Assembly (NCBI GenBank): GCA_031367385.1
Contig: JANLPS010000297.1
Span: 1 to 29,796 of the forward strand
Length of the DNA stretch: 29,796 nt
Source: Archangium sp.
Lineage (GTDB): Bacteria; Myxococcota; Myxococcia; Myxococcales; Myxococcaceae
Direction: 5' to 3'
Positions within the stretch are counted from its first letter, which is position 1; each line of letters begins with the position of its first letter. A program made the position numbers and the translations under genes. Of this stretch, positions 9,104 through 19,071 are shown piece after piece. The notes under the pieces are model-generated. The model saw only the letters and a list, made by a program, of their open reading frames with translations. It had not been told where the DNA came from and did not search any database.

Positions 9104-9526
9104 TCAGATTTTGCGCCGCTTACCCGTGCGCTTGTAGGTCAGATAGTCGCTGACAATGGTCGAGTGATCAAAACAGAGATCTTTCGGTATCGCGTCGTGG
9201 CTGAAGGCTTTGGCTTCGGCCGCATCATCTGAACCACTGGGCTCGCCCTCGGCCCACCCGATGAACACGGTCGAAATCGTGTGTTTTCGGGGGTCGCGGG
9301 CCGGGTCTGAGTACGTGAAGAACTGCTCCGAGAGGTCGACCTCGAGGCCGGTCTCTTCACGCACTTCGCGCACGCAGGCCTGGTGCAGGGGCTCGCCTTC
9401 GTCGACGAAGCCACCGGGCAGCGCCCAGCCCAGCGGAGGGTTCGAGCGGCGAACCAGTACGATTCGGTCGCCGGGCAGCTCGACGATGCAGTCAACGGTC
9501 GGAGTCGGGTTTTTGTACGCCGGCAT
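9104..9526 (-). CDS. Nudix hydrolase (ADP-ribose pyrophosphatase-like)
   Basis: Nudix box [24 protein letters not shown], with [14 protein letters not shown] and FDH motifs. Confidence 0.92.
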   Translation of the reverse strand: MPAYKNPTPTVDCIVELPGDRIVLVRRSNPPLGWALPGGFVDEGEPLHQACVREVREETGLEVDLSEQFFTYSDPARDPRKHTISTVFIGWAEGEPSGSDDAAEAKAFSHDAIPKDLCFDHSTIVSDYLTYKRTGKRRKI

Positions 9527-9567
9527 TTTCGGAAGCCTCAGCTTAGCCGTTGGCGTACGGTGCGCGG

Positions 9568-10017
9568 GTGCGATTGTTGCCGCGACTCGTGATCTTCTCG
9601 GTGCTGGGCCTCGCTTCGTGCCGCACCCACACGTTGGAAGACGGCACGTATCAGCTCACGGTCAAAGACGTGCTCCGCGATGACTGTGGTCTGGCCGCGA
9701 CCGGCGCGCTGAATGCGACCGCCGTGCTGGTCACGACCGGCAACCAGGTGAAGCTGAAGTACAGCTACTTGGATTTGCAGATGTACGGGAACTATCAGGT
9801 GAACCTCGAGCAGATGGTACTCGATGCGACCGGCGTGAACCTGACGACGGCCGTACGGGGCAATCAGTGTCTGCTCGACAGCATCTCGCTGCACATGGAC
9901 ACCGAGAATCAGACGGCGAGATCATTCTCGGGCACGATGAGCTTCTTCTTCGACGCGCGGGCAGACACCTGTGTGTGCCGCGTGTGGGCCACCTACGAGG
10001 CGCAGAAGGTACCCTGA
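9568..10017 (+). CDS. Hypothetical lipoprotein
   Basis: From GTG 9568: [18 protein letters not shown] lipobox, followed by a beta-strand-rich mature domain with 4 Cys. Confidence 0.75.
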   Translation: MRLLPRLVIFSVLGLASCRTHTLEDGTYQLTVKDVLRDDCGLAATGALNATAVLVTTGNQVKLKYSYLDLQMYGNYQVNLEQMVLDATGVNLTTAVRGNQCLLDSISLHMDTENQTARSFSGTMSFFFDARADTCVCRVWATYEAQKVP

Positions 10018-10040
10018 GTTGACGAGGGGTGTCCCAAGTC

Positions 10041-10130
10041 GCTCATCCTGAGGCTCTCGAAGGATGAAGCTACCGGTTTCGAAAACGTCACTCGCTCAGG
10101 ACAGGGTCCTTCGAGCCCTTCAGGACGAAC
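10041..10130. repeat. REP-like imperfect inverted repeat / stem-loop between convergent genes
   Basis: GCTCATCCTGAGGCTCTCGAAGGA (10041-10064) pairs with TCCTTCGAGCCCTTCAGGACGAAC (10107-10130) at 19 of 24 positions by Watson-Crick pairing, plus G-U pairs. Confidence 0.7.
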
Positions 10131-10134
10131 GGGG

Positions 10135-10596
10135 TTAGACGCGGGCGTCTTCAGCCGAGATCAGCGCGAAGATCGCTTCGGCCGTGGTCGCTGACAGAAT
10201 CGAGTCTTTGAGCGCATCGCTTCGAAACAACCGGCTCAGCTTCGAGAGCGCCTTCAAATGCAGCCCCGGAGAGTTGTCTGGCGCGACCAGCGCGAAAAAG
10301 AAATGCGAGCGCTGGTTGTCACGCGCTTCGAATTCAACACCCTCGTGTGACACGCCGAAGCACGCCACCAGGTTCGAGATCTCGGCCAGCCGGCCGTGCG
10401 GTATCGCGACGCCTTTCTCCATGCCGGTCGAGCCGATCTTCTCTCGCTCTTGGAGCACGTGCAGAAATCGCAGCTCAGGCACTGCGCGGTCGGCGCGACC
10501 CAGCGCGGCGGCGAGCTCTTTGAGCACGTCGGCTTTGGTCTTCGCCGACAAATCGGCCACGACCGCTTCTGGCTTGAGAAACTCGACGATGCGCAT
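10135..10596 (-). CDS. ptsN: PTS IIA nitrogen-regulatory protein
   Basis: REKIGSTGMEKGVAIPHGR phospho-His motif and HLKALSKLSR, in the rpoN-hpf neighbourhood. Start set at ATG 10596 (MRIVEFL). Confidence 0.9.
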   Translation of the reverse strand: MRIVEFLKPEAVVADLSAKTKADVLKELAAALGRADRAVPELRFLHVLQEREKIGSTGMEKGVAIPHGRLAEISNLVACFGVSHEGVEFEARDNQRSHFFFALVAPDNSPGLHLKALSKLSRLFRSDALKDSILSATTAEAIFALISAEDARV

Positions 10597-10703
10597 TGCC
10601 GCCGGGTGGATACCCGAGCGCAAAAAAGGTGGCAAGGCGGGAACGCGCTGGTCGTGCTGATCACCCGCCACCTGGCCCTCTCGATTCTGTGTATCGTCAC
10701 CCG

Positions 10704-12491
10704 GTGTCGAGCCGGGTGGTGTGTCTGCTGCTGGGAGCAACGCTGATCGCGTCGTGCGCCCACTCGCCCGGGCCCGTCGTTCGAGCCCCGAACCTCAAAC
10801 CGAAGCCCCGCACGCCTGAAAAACCAGCGGTTTCTGCGCACACCAGCCCACCTGCGCCGCCAACGGTCGAGAGCCTGATGGCCGGCTTGAGCCTCGAAGA
10901 GAAGGTCGGCCAGGTGATGATGGTCGGCTTCAACGGGCAGACCGTCGACCCAGGCATCGAGGCCCTGCTCACGGGCTACCACGTGGGGGGCGTCTGCATG
11001 TTCGGCCGAAACATCTCGAGCGCCCAGCAGATCGCCACGCTGAACGACGAGGTTCGAGCGTTGATGGCTGACGGAGTGCCCCCGTTCATCACCGTCGACC
11101 AAGAAGGCGGCAACGTCGTGCGCATCGCCGACGGCAACGTGGTGCTGCCCGGCAATATGGCCCTGGGCGCCACCCGCGACACCGCCCTCGCCTACGAGGC
11201 CGGCCTTGCGCAGGGAGAAGACCTGCACCGCCTGGGCTTCAACATGAACCTGGCGCCGGTGCTCGACGTCAACTCCAACCCCAAGAACCCGGTCATCGGC
11301 ATTCGGTCGTTCGGCGACGACGTCGCCCTGGTCAGCGCCATGGGGGCCCAGTTCGTCAAAGGCCAGCAGGCCGCCGACATCGCCACCGTCGCCAAGCATT
11401 TTCCCGGGCATGGCTCGGTCGACGCCGACTCGCACAAGGTGCTGCCGGTCATTCAGACGCCCGCGGCCGAGCTTCGACGGCAGCTTCAGCCCTTCTCAGC
11501 CGCGATGGCCGAGGGTCTCGACGGCATGATGACCGCCCACATCGCCACGCCGACCCTGTCGAACGGTGACGACACGCCGGCGACGCTGTCGCACCGGGTG
11601 CTGGGGGAGCTGCTGCGCAAGGAGATGAAGTTCGACGGCCTGGTGCTCACCGACGAGCTGGAGATGGACGGCATCGCCCGCAGGTACGGCGTCGGGCACG
11701 CCGCGGTGATGGCTCTCAACGCGGGGGCCGATATGGTCCTCATCCCCTGGCGGGCTGAGAAGAAGGTCGAGGTCTTCGAGGCGCTCCTGGGCGCGGTGAA
11801 GAGCGGAGACCTCCCCCTGGAGAAGCTCGAGACCGCAGTGCGCAGGGTACTGACCCTGAAGCTCAAGCGCGGAGCCTTCGAGCAATTGGCGCCCCGGGCC
11901 CAGCGCCTCGCTGCACTGGGGGGCAAGCGGCCGATCTCCGCGAAGATCGCCACCGCGGCGATCACCTTGCTGCGTCTCGACAAGAAGCTCTACCCGCTGC
12001 GCCACCCGAAGAACGTGGCGCTGATCACCACCGAGGCCTCGCTGGCCGCCGCCATCGCGCGCCGAGTGCCGGGCGTGAAGACGCTGGTCGTCGCGGCGTA
12101 CCCGTCGCCGCAGTCGATGCCGGCGCTCAAGCAACAGGTCAACACGATGGCGAAAGAGGCCGACGTGGTGATTGTCAGCTTGGTGAATACCCGCCAAGTC
12201 GAGCTCTTCAACATCGCAGCGCTCTCGAACAAACCGCTCGTCGCGATCGTGATGGGCGTGCCGTACCTGGCGCTGCAAGTGCCCCAAGCGTCGGTGATCT
12301 TGAGCACCTATTCGTACCGCGACAGCGCCTCAGAAGCCGCGGCCGCCTCGCTCTTCGGAGAGCAGGGCACGCCGGGCAAGCTGCCAGTCGCGATGAGAGC
12401 GTTGCCGTTTGGCTTTGGTCTGAACCCAGTGACGCGCAAGGTGCGTCAGGCATCACTGGGCTCGAGGCCGTTGACAGCGGTACAGCCGTAG
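10704..12491 (+). CDS. nagZ: GH3 beta-N-acetylhexosaminidase, lipoprotein
   Basis: Motifs VDQEGG, APVLD, RSFG, KHFPGHG...DSH (NagZ signature) and TDELEM, plus a C-terminal GH3 domain. Lipobox LIASC. Exact start uncertain (GTG 10704/10716/10719). Confidence 0.88.
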   Translation: MSSRVVCLLLGATLIASCAHSPGPVVRAPNLKPKPRTPEKPAVSAHTSPPAPPTVESLMAGLSLEEKVGQVMMVGFNGQTVDPGIEALLTGYHVGGVCMFGRNISSAQQIATLNDEVRALMADGVPPFITVDQEGGNVVRIADGNVVLPGNMALGATRDTALAYEAGLAQGEDLHRLGFNMNLAPVLDVNSNPKNPVIGIRSFGDDVALVSAMGAQFVKGQQAADIATVAKHFPGHGSVDADSHKVLPVIQTPAAELRRQLQPFSAAMAEGLDGMMTAHIATPTLSNGDDTPATLSHRVLGELLRKEMKFDGLVLTDELEMDGIARRYGVGHAAVMALNAGADMVLIPWRAEKKVEVFEALLGAVKSGDLPLEKLETAVRRVLTLKLKRGAFEQLAPRAQRLAALGGKRPISAKIATAAITLLRLDKKLYPLRHPKNVALITTEASLAAAIARRVPGVKTLVVAAYPSPQSMPALKQQVNTMAKEADVVIVSLVNTRQVELFNIAALSNKPLVAIVMGVPYLALQVPQASVILSTYSYRDSASEAAAASLFGEQGTPGKLPVAMRALPFGFGLNPVTRKVRQASLGSRPLTAVQP

Positions 12492-12495
12492 AAAG

Positions 12496-13077
12496 TTACT
12501 TCTTCACCGCGCCTGCTTCGATGTGACCGAATTGACCGTCTTTGCGGCGGTAAATCACGTTCATCTCCATCGTGGTCGAGTTGGTGAACACGTAGAACTC
12601 GTTGTTCATCAAATCGAGCTGCATGATCGCCTCTTCGAGCGCCATCGGCCGCAGCAAGAACTCGTTCTTCTTGATCACCTTGGCCAGCGCGTCGGGCGTG
12701 TTGACCTCGGGCTGCTCCATCTCGACGACCGCGTGTCGCACGCGCATGTGCTCGACGAGATCTTGCCGGTGGTGCACGCGCTCTTTGCCGTGGTGGCTCT
12801 TCAGCTTCTCTTTGTAGCGCTTGAGCTGCCGCTCGATCCTGTCCATCGCGAGGTCGATCGACGCGTACATGTCTTCACTGCGCTCTTTGCCGCGCAGCAG
12901 GTACGTGCCCGAATGAATCGTGATGTCAGCTTGGTGGAGGTGCCGGTCGAGCGACAGAACGACATGGGCGTCGCTCGCCTTCTCGAGATACTTGTTCACG
13001 CGTTCGACCTTCTCCTGGGCGTAGTTCTTGAGGGAGTCGATCGGGTCGAGATGGCGGAACGTGATGTTCATTTGCAT
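12496..13077 (-). CDS. hpf: Ribosome hibernation promoting factor (long HPF / sigma54 modulation protein)
   Basis: MQMNITFRH, DMYASIDLAMDRIERQLKRYKEK and C-terminal PMALEEAIMQL...FYVF...YRRKDG. AGGAGG RBS upstream. Confidence 0.95.
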   Translation of the reverse strand: MQMNITFRHLDPIDSLKNYAQEKVERVNKYLEKASDAHVVLSLDRHLHQADITIHSGTYLLRGKERSEDMYASIDLAMDRIERQLKRYKEKLKSHHGKERVHHRQDLVEHMRVRHAVVEMEQPEVNTPDALAKVIKKNEFLLRPMALEEAIMQLDLMNNEFYVFTNSTTMEMNVIYRRKDGQFGHIEAGAVKK

Positions 13078-13225
13078 TGCGTGCTTGCCTCCTGCGTACG
13101 GGTGAAGATCAGCGACACGTGGTCGGTCAATCAGACGTCACGTGTGGCTGAAACGCAACGGTTCGAAGTCGATTCCCGTTTGATTTCGCGCACCTCGCCC
13201 GTGCCCCGCCCAGGCGGTGACGGCG

Positions 13226-14044
13226 TTAAGACGCGCGCGCGACCCAGGTGCGAATCATCGCCCGCTGGGCCTCGCCCAGGTCGAGCAGCTTCACTGAGAA
13301 CCCCGGCGCTGGCGTCGTTCGAACGCCGACCACCCGACCCGATGAGTGAATCTGGGTCACGTGACCTTCGAAGCCAATCGTGATGTCGGCGGGTGTGTTC
13401 ACCATCAGCTTCTCAGCCGAGGCGACGAACAACGAGTCGTGCTTCCACGTGTTTTCGAAGTCGGCGGTGAACGGCTGCAGATCTCCGCGCGCCAGAATCA
13501 GCCGCACATGAATCATGCCACCGCGCCACCGAACTTGAAGGGTGGTGGCCTGCATCGCCGAAGCCGACGGGGCCGAGGGCTTGCTCGCGCGAAACTGCCG
13601 CTCGATGTCGACCATGCGCTCAGAGAGGGCGATGAAGGCGTCTTCACAGGCCAACCGCAGCTCAGGCGTCGCCTCAGGGGGCAACCGCCCAGGCACGTAG
13701 CGGTACACCAAGCTGAAGAACGCGGCGCGCCAGGCTTCACGCGACCCGTTCTGCGGCACTCGAAACACCTCTTCGCTCGAGCGCCCCTTGATCGAGGTCA
13801 ACCATTCGCGAATCTGCTTCGTCGCGTCGGCCTGGGCGTAGGCCAGCTCGTCAGCATTCTTCGGAGTGACCGCGAGTGCCTGCTGAATCTCAGGCACTTC
13901 ACGCACCGGCACGAAGGTCTTGCCGTCTTTCGAGACCGCGCGAACGTCGTTGAGCTTGCCGCGCAGCGCCAGGTCGCGAACGACATCGAGCCCGACCGGG
14001 CCCAAAACGCGCGCATCGGAGTCAGCGAGCCAGAATGAGCTCAC
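13226..14044 (-). CDS. Hypothetical protein: GYF_2-like N-terminus, degenerate J-domain-like middle, PilZ-like C-terminus
   Basis: FWL...VLGPVGLDVVRDL..RGKL; EVFRVP...AWRAAFFSLVYRYVPGR; SLFV...GRVV...PGFSVKLLDL. The start overlaps the upstream stop (ATGA). Confidence 0.65.
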   Translation of the reverse strand: MSSFWLADSDARVLGPVGLDVVRDLALRGKLNDVRAVSKDGKTFVPVREVPEIQQALAVTPKNADELAYAQADATKQIREWLTSIKGRSSEEVFRVPQNGSREAWRAAFFSLVYRYVPGRLPPEATPELRLACEDAFIALSERMVDIERQFRASKPSAPSASAMQATTLQVRWRGGMIHVRLILARGDLQPFTADFENTWKHDSLFVASAEKLMVNTPADITIGFEGHVTQIHSSGRVVGVRTTPAPGFSVKLLDLGEAQRAMIRTWVARAS

Positions 14045-14424
14045 GCCTTGGCTCCGGGCGCCGCTTCCAACGCGCCCCGCACCACGTTCTGCACCTCGAG
14101 TGGGTGAAAGGGCTTCACCAGAAAGCCGTGGGCACCGTCAGCCAGCGCTTGCTGCACCAGCGACTCGGTGTCGAGCGAAGAGATGACCAGAATGCGGGTC
14201 TTGAGCCCCTTCGCGCTGAGCGCCTTGAGCAGCTCGAGGCCGCTCCGGCCCGGCATGATCAGGTCGAGCAACAAGACCGCGGGCGGCTTGCGCTCGATCT
14301 CGACCAACGCGGCGTCGCCAGAGTCGGCCTCGCGAACATTGCAGGGCACGTCGGCCAGCGCGTCTCTGAGCATTGCACGCAGCAGACGATCGTCATCGAC
14401 GATGAGCACATCAGGAAGCGCCAT
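14041..14424 (-). CDS. Single-domain response regulator (CheY-like receiver)
   Basis: VLIVDDD, LLLDLIMP phosphoacceptor, ISS and KPF motifs, with no output domain. Confidence 0.93.
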   Translation of the reverse strand: MALPDVLIVDDDRLLRAMLRDALADVPCNVREADSGDAALVEIERKPPAVLLLDLIMPGRSGLELLKALSAKGLKTRILVISSLDTESLVQQALADGAHGFLVKPFHPLEVQNVVRGALEAAPGAKA

Positions 14425-14445
14425 GGTGGTAACCCCTGTGACAGA

Positions 14446-15954
<1,509 letters not shown>

Positions 15955-15972
15955 GGCGCAGATTCCTCCCGG

Positions 15973-16101
15973 ACAAAATGCATGCCAACCCTATGTCATC
16001 GCACGTTGACCCGCCACGGCTGATTTCATGCCAATGGTCGAAAACATTGAAAAGACTGGTGAAAATTCGACTTGGGGCCGCTCACTACACAGAGCATGCC
16101 T
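15973..16101 (-). promoter_or_regulatory. Three sigma54-like (-24/-12) elements upstream of rpoN
   Basis: Minus strand: TGGCATGCATTTTGT (15973-15987), TGGCATGAAATCAGC (16019-16033; exact GG-N10-GC) and AGGCATGCTCTGTGT (16087-16101). Confidence 0.5.
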
Positions 16102-16111
16102 GTCTGCAGTT

Positions 16112-16843
16112 TCACGACAGTTTGAAGTTTTCACCCAGGTAGACCGAGCGGGCCTTGGGCGATTGGGCGATCTCGTTCGGAGTGCCCTCTTCAAGAATTC
16201 GGCCGCTCGCGATGATGTACGCGCGGGTGCAGATGCCGAGGGTGTCACGCACGTTGTGATCGGTGATGAGCACGCCCAGCCCCTTGTCGGCGAGTCGGCG
16301 AATTTCTTTCTGCAGCTCGCCCACGTTGATTGGGTCGACCCCGGCGAAGGGCTCGTCGAAGAGCATGAAGCGGGGCTTGGGCAGCAGGCTTCGGGCGATC
16401 TCCGCGCGGCGCCGCTCACCCCCTGAGAGGGTTTCGCCGAGGCTGTTCTGCACGTGGCCCAGACCGAATTCGTCGATGATGTGGCTCGCCACCTGCTCTC
16501 GTTCTTTCGACGAGGTGCCACCTTGCAGCTCGAGCACGGCGAGCATGTTCTGCCTGACCGTGAGCTTGCGAAAGATCGAAGCTTCTTGGGGCAGGTACCC
16601 CAGGCCGGCTCGGGCGCGGTGATGCATCGGGAGCGAGCCGAGCTCTCGCCCCGCCAGGCTCACCGACCCTGCATCGGGTCGAACCAGCCCGACGACCATG
16701 TTGAACGAGGTCGTCTTGCCGGCGCCGTTGGGCCCGAGCAGGCCGACGATCTCGCCCTGGCGCACCTCGAGGTTGACGCCGTCGACCACCCGGCGGCCGC
16801 CGTAGGTTTTTTGCAGGCCAGTGGCGCGGAGCACGTCGGTCAT
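16112..16843 (-). CDS. lptB: LPS export ABC transporter ATP-binding protein
   Basis: GLLGPNGAGKTT, YLPQEASIFRKL, LSGGERRRAEIAR, DEPFAGVDPI and ITDHNVRDTL. ATG 16843 overlaps the lptA stop. Confidence 0.97.
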   Translation of the reverse strand: MTDVLRATGLQKTYGGRRVVDGVNLEVRQGEIVGLLGPNGAGKTTSFNMVVGLVRPDAGSVSLAGRELGSLPMHHRARAGLGYLPQEASIFRKLTVRQNMLAVLELQGGTSSKEREQVASHIIDEFGLGHVQNSLGETLSGGERRRAEIARSLLPKPRFMLFDEPFAGVDPINVGELQKEIRRLADKGLGVLITDHNVRDTLGICTRAYIIASGRILEEGTPNEIAQSPKARSVYLGENFKLS

Positions 16844-17676
16844 TTCTTGGGCTGCTTCTTGTCGACCTCGATGATCGAGGTGACGTTCTCGACCTCGAGC
16901 TTGTCGGCGGCCTGGTAAAAGATGACCTTGGTGCCCTTCATGCGGTTTCGGTCTTGGCGGGCCTCGGGGTTGCCGGTCACGACGAGCACTCCGCGCAGGG
17001 CGTCGTAGTCGGCGCGTTGGCCTCGGGCCCACTTGTTGCCTTGGGTCGCCTCGACGCCTCCGTGGCCTTCGATCTTCGTGATGGTGCCCTGATCGTCGTA
17101 GGTCGCGGTCATCACCGGGGCCAAGAGGGTGGTGTCGCCGCGCTTGGCCTTCACGTGGCCCGACCACGTGGCCTGCGATTGGTGCTCGTCGAGTACCAGC
17201 GAGTCGGCGTCGATGGCGATCTTGTCAGGAGCGCCTCCGTCGACCTGGTTGTCGACCCGGGTCTTGGCTTTGGTGACCACGATTCGCTCGGAGCCGTTGA
17301 CGAAGGTGACCAGGGTGCCGGTGACCTCGCGCTTGCCCTGGCGCGCCTGGGGGTTGCCGCGCACCAGCAGCACGTCGGTGGCGTTGTCGTAGTCGGCTTC
17401 GTCGCCGGCGGCCCAGCGATCTTTGTCGACGGCGACCACGTTGCCGCGGGCGAGCAGCTTGGTGATCTCGTGGGTCTGCCCGTAGAGCACGATCAACCGG
17501 TCGCAGGTCATGGTCAGCGTGTCGCGGAGCACTTTGACGTGCCCGGTGTACTCGGCGTTTTGCTCTTTGTTCACCACGTCGAAGTGGTCGGCGGTGATCT
17601 GCGCGGGGCGCTTGAAGAGCACTCCGGCGTCGGGGGCGCTGAGCACCACGAGGGCGGCGGCGAGCATCGCGCTCAC
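16840..17676 (-). CDS. lptA: LptA/OstA family protein with two tandem beta-jellyroll domains
   Basis: Signal peptide and two homologous units (ITAD...YTGHVK...ARGNV...ADYD...GNPQARQ and IDAD...WSGHVK...GHGGV...ADYD...GNPEARQ), directly upstream of lptB. Confidence 0.88.
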   Translation of the reverse strand: MSAMLAAALVVLSAPDAGVLFKRPAQITADHFDVVNKEQNAEYTGHVKVLRDTLTMTCDRLIVLYGQTHEITKLLARGNVVAVDKDRWAAGDEADYDNATDVLLVRGNPQARQGKREVTGTLVTFVNGSERIVVTKAKTRVDNQVDGGAPDKIAIDADSLVLDEHQSQATWSGHVKAKRGDTTLLAPVMTATYDDQGTITKIEGHGGVEATQGNKWARGQRADYDALRGVLVVTGNPEARQDRNRMKGTKVIFYQAADKLEVENVTSIIEVDKKQPKK

Positions 17677-18185
17677 GGAGCGGCTCCCTTGGTTCGGGTG
17701 TCGGCGGCGGTGAAGCTGGCGTGCTCGGTCGCGAAGTCGACGGTGAAGGCCTTTGCGTCGAGTGAAAACTTCGGGTGCTCGAGGTGTACGCCGGTGTCGC
17801 CATGGGCTCCGCCTCGCGGGCCGAGCGACTTTTCGTAGGTCGCGATCGGCGCGTGGCCTTCGACCCCGTCGGGAGAACGAAAGGTGACGCCGTCGGAGCC
17901 GACGATTCGGCTCTCATTGGCGTTGCCGCCGACGGTCTTCGAGGTCAGCACGGTGCCCGAAGCGAGCGTCGCGGTGACTTGGGAGGCGGTCAGATCGGTG
18001 CTTTCACGCATCAGGTCGAGGTACGGCATGGTCGCCGTCATGTGCAGGGTATTGCCGCGGTAATTTCGCAGCGTGACCCCGCGGAGCACGATGTCGGGCG
18101 GCGGCTGGCTGGTGGCCACGACGCTGGCCGGCGCGGAGAGGCCGCAGGCTGCACAGAGAACGAAGGCGGTGCACCAGCGGGTCAT
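17673..18185 (-). CDS. lptC: LptC-like beta-jellyroll protein (possible lipoprotein)
   Basis: Hydrophobic N-terminus ending CAAC, beta-rich sequence, coupled to lptA by a 4-bp overlap. Assignment is mainly from synteny. Confidence 0.65.
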   Translation of the reverse strand: MTRWCTAFVLCAACGLSAPASVVATSQPPPDIVLRGVTLRNYRGNTLHMTATMPYLDLMRESTDLTASQVTATLASGTVLTSKTVGGNANESRIVGSDGVTFRSPDGVEGHAPIATYEKSLGPRGGAHGDTGVHLEHPKFSLDAKAFTVDFATEHASFTAADTRTKGAAP

Positions 18186-18246
18186 GGGCTGACGTCTTCT
18201 AGCGCGGTTTGGGAGCGTGCGTACGCCGCGAAGGCGTCTGCGCGGC

Positions 18247-19062
18247 TCAGTGGCCCTCGAGCGCTTCGACCTCTTTCAGGTCGTTGGGGGCGCTGGTGGT
18301 GAAGACCACCTTGAGCCCTTTGATTGCCTTGAGCCGCGCGAGGTGGGCCGCGTCGGGCTGGGCCGCTCCGAGGCAGACCACGCGCAGGTTTCGCAACGCA
18401 GGCTCGTCGCAGAGCGCGTCGACCCACCCGTTCGCGATCTGCGAGAGATCGGGCGCGGGCTGGCCGGGAGTCGGCACCCACCACGCCTGGTTGAGCGCAA
18501 GGTACTGCAGCGCGCTCAAGCGGTCGGCGATGGCACGCAGCCCGGCCCCGGTGATGTTGTTGTACGTCAGGTCTAACCGGAGGAGCCCTTCGAAGGCCGG
18601 CGCGATGCGCTTCAGCGCTGCGTCATCGAGCTTGTTGGCGACGAGGCTCACGAATGAAAAGCGTCGCAAGGGCAGCTTTGAAAAGGGCTCGTGCGAGGCC
18701 CTTTTCTTCAGCGAGGTCACGCCGACCCAAAGCCGCGGGTTGAGCTGCGAGATGAGCTCGAACCCCGCCACCAGCTGCGGCGCCTCGGTCACCACGCCGC
18801 GCACCAGCCCATGCTCATCGAAGTCGAACCGTCGAAGGTACGGTCGCGCCGGGCCGACCAATTTTCCCCAGAGCTTTTGAAGTTGCTCGAGGCGCTTCTG
18901 CTGCGCTGGGGTTCGCTTTGGCAGGAGGCTGAGCTGAATGAGCTCACCGCGAGGCTCTTGCGCTTCGATCAGCGCGTCGGCCCACACCCGCAGCGCATCG
19001 AGGTTGCTCGGGTCTCGAAAGTAGGTCTCGCGCACCCGGCGAGTCGCATCGTCGTCACCCAT
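18247..19062 (-). CDS. Leucine-rich-repeat protein with a TIGR02996-like N-terminal domain
   Basis: N-terminal DPSNLDALRVWADALIEAQEPRGELIQL; LRR-like LSLVANKLDD-type, LLRLDLTYNNITGAG and LQYLALNQ segments. Confidence 0.75.
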   Translation of the reverse strand: MGDDDATRRVRETYFRDPSNLDALRVWADALIEAQEPRGELIQLSLLPKRTPAQQKRLEQLQKLWGKLVGPARPYLRRFDFDEHGLVRGVVTEAPQLVAGFELISQLNPRLWVGVTSLKKRASHEPFSKLPLRRFSFVSLVANKLDDAALKRIAPAFEGLLRLDLTYNNITGAGLRAIADRLSALQYLALNQAWWVPTPGQPAPDLSQIANGWVDALCDEPALRNLRVVCLGAAQPDAAHLARLKAIKGLKVVFTTSAPNDLKEVEALEGH

Positions 19063-19071
19063 CGACGACGA

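Noticed and set aside
9104..9526. Nudix gene as the NrtR regulator of the NAD operon
   Set aside because: It is only 140 aa, has no C-terminal winged-HTH domain, and lies 15 kb away next to glpD.
13105..13215. CACGTG-flanked hairpin and GGCACG sigma54-like site upstream of hpf
   Set aside because: The spacing does not give GG-N10-GC and the hairpin is imperfect, so support is insufficient.
18182..18250. Short frame ending at lptC with an ATGA overlap, as a remnant of a displaced upstream gene
   Set aside because: Too short, has no recognisable homology, and could be chance.
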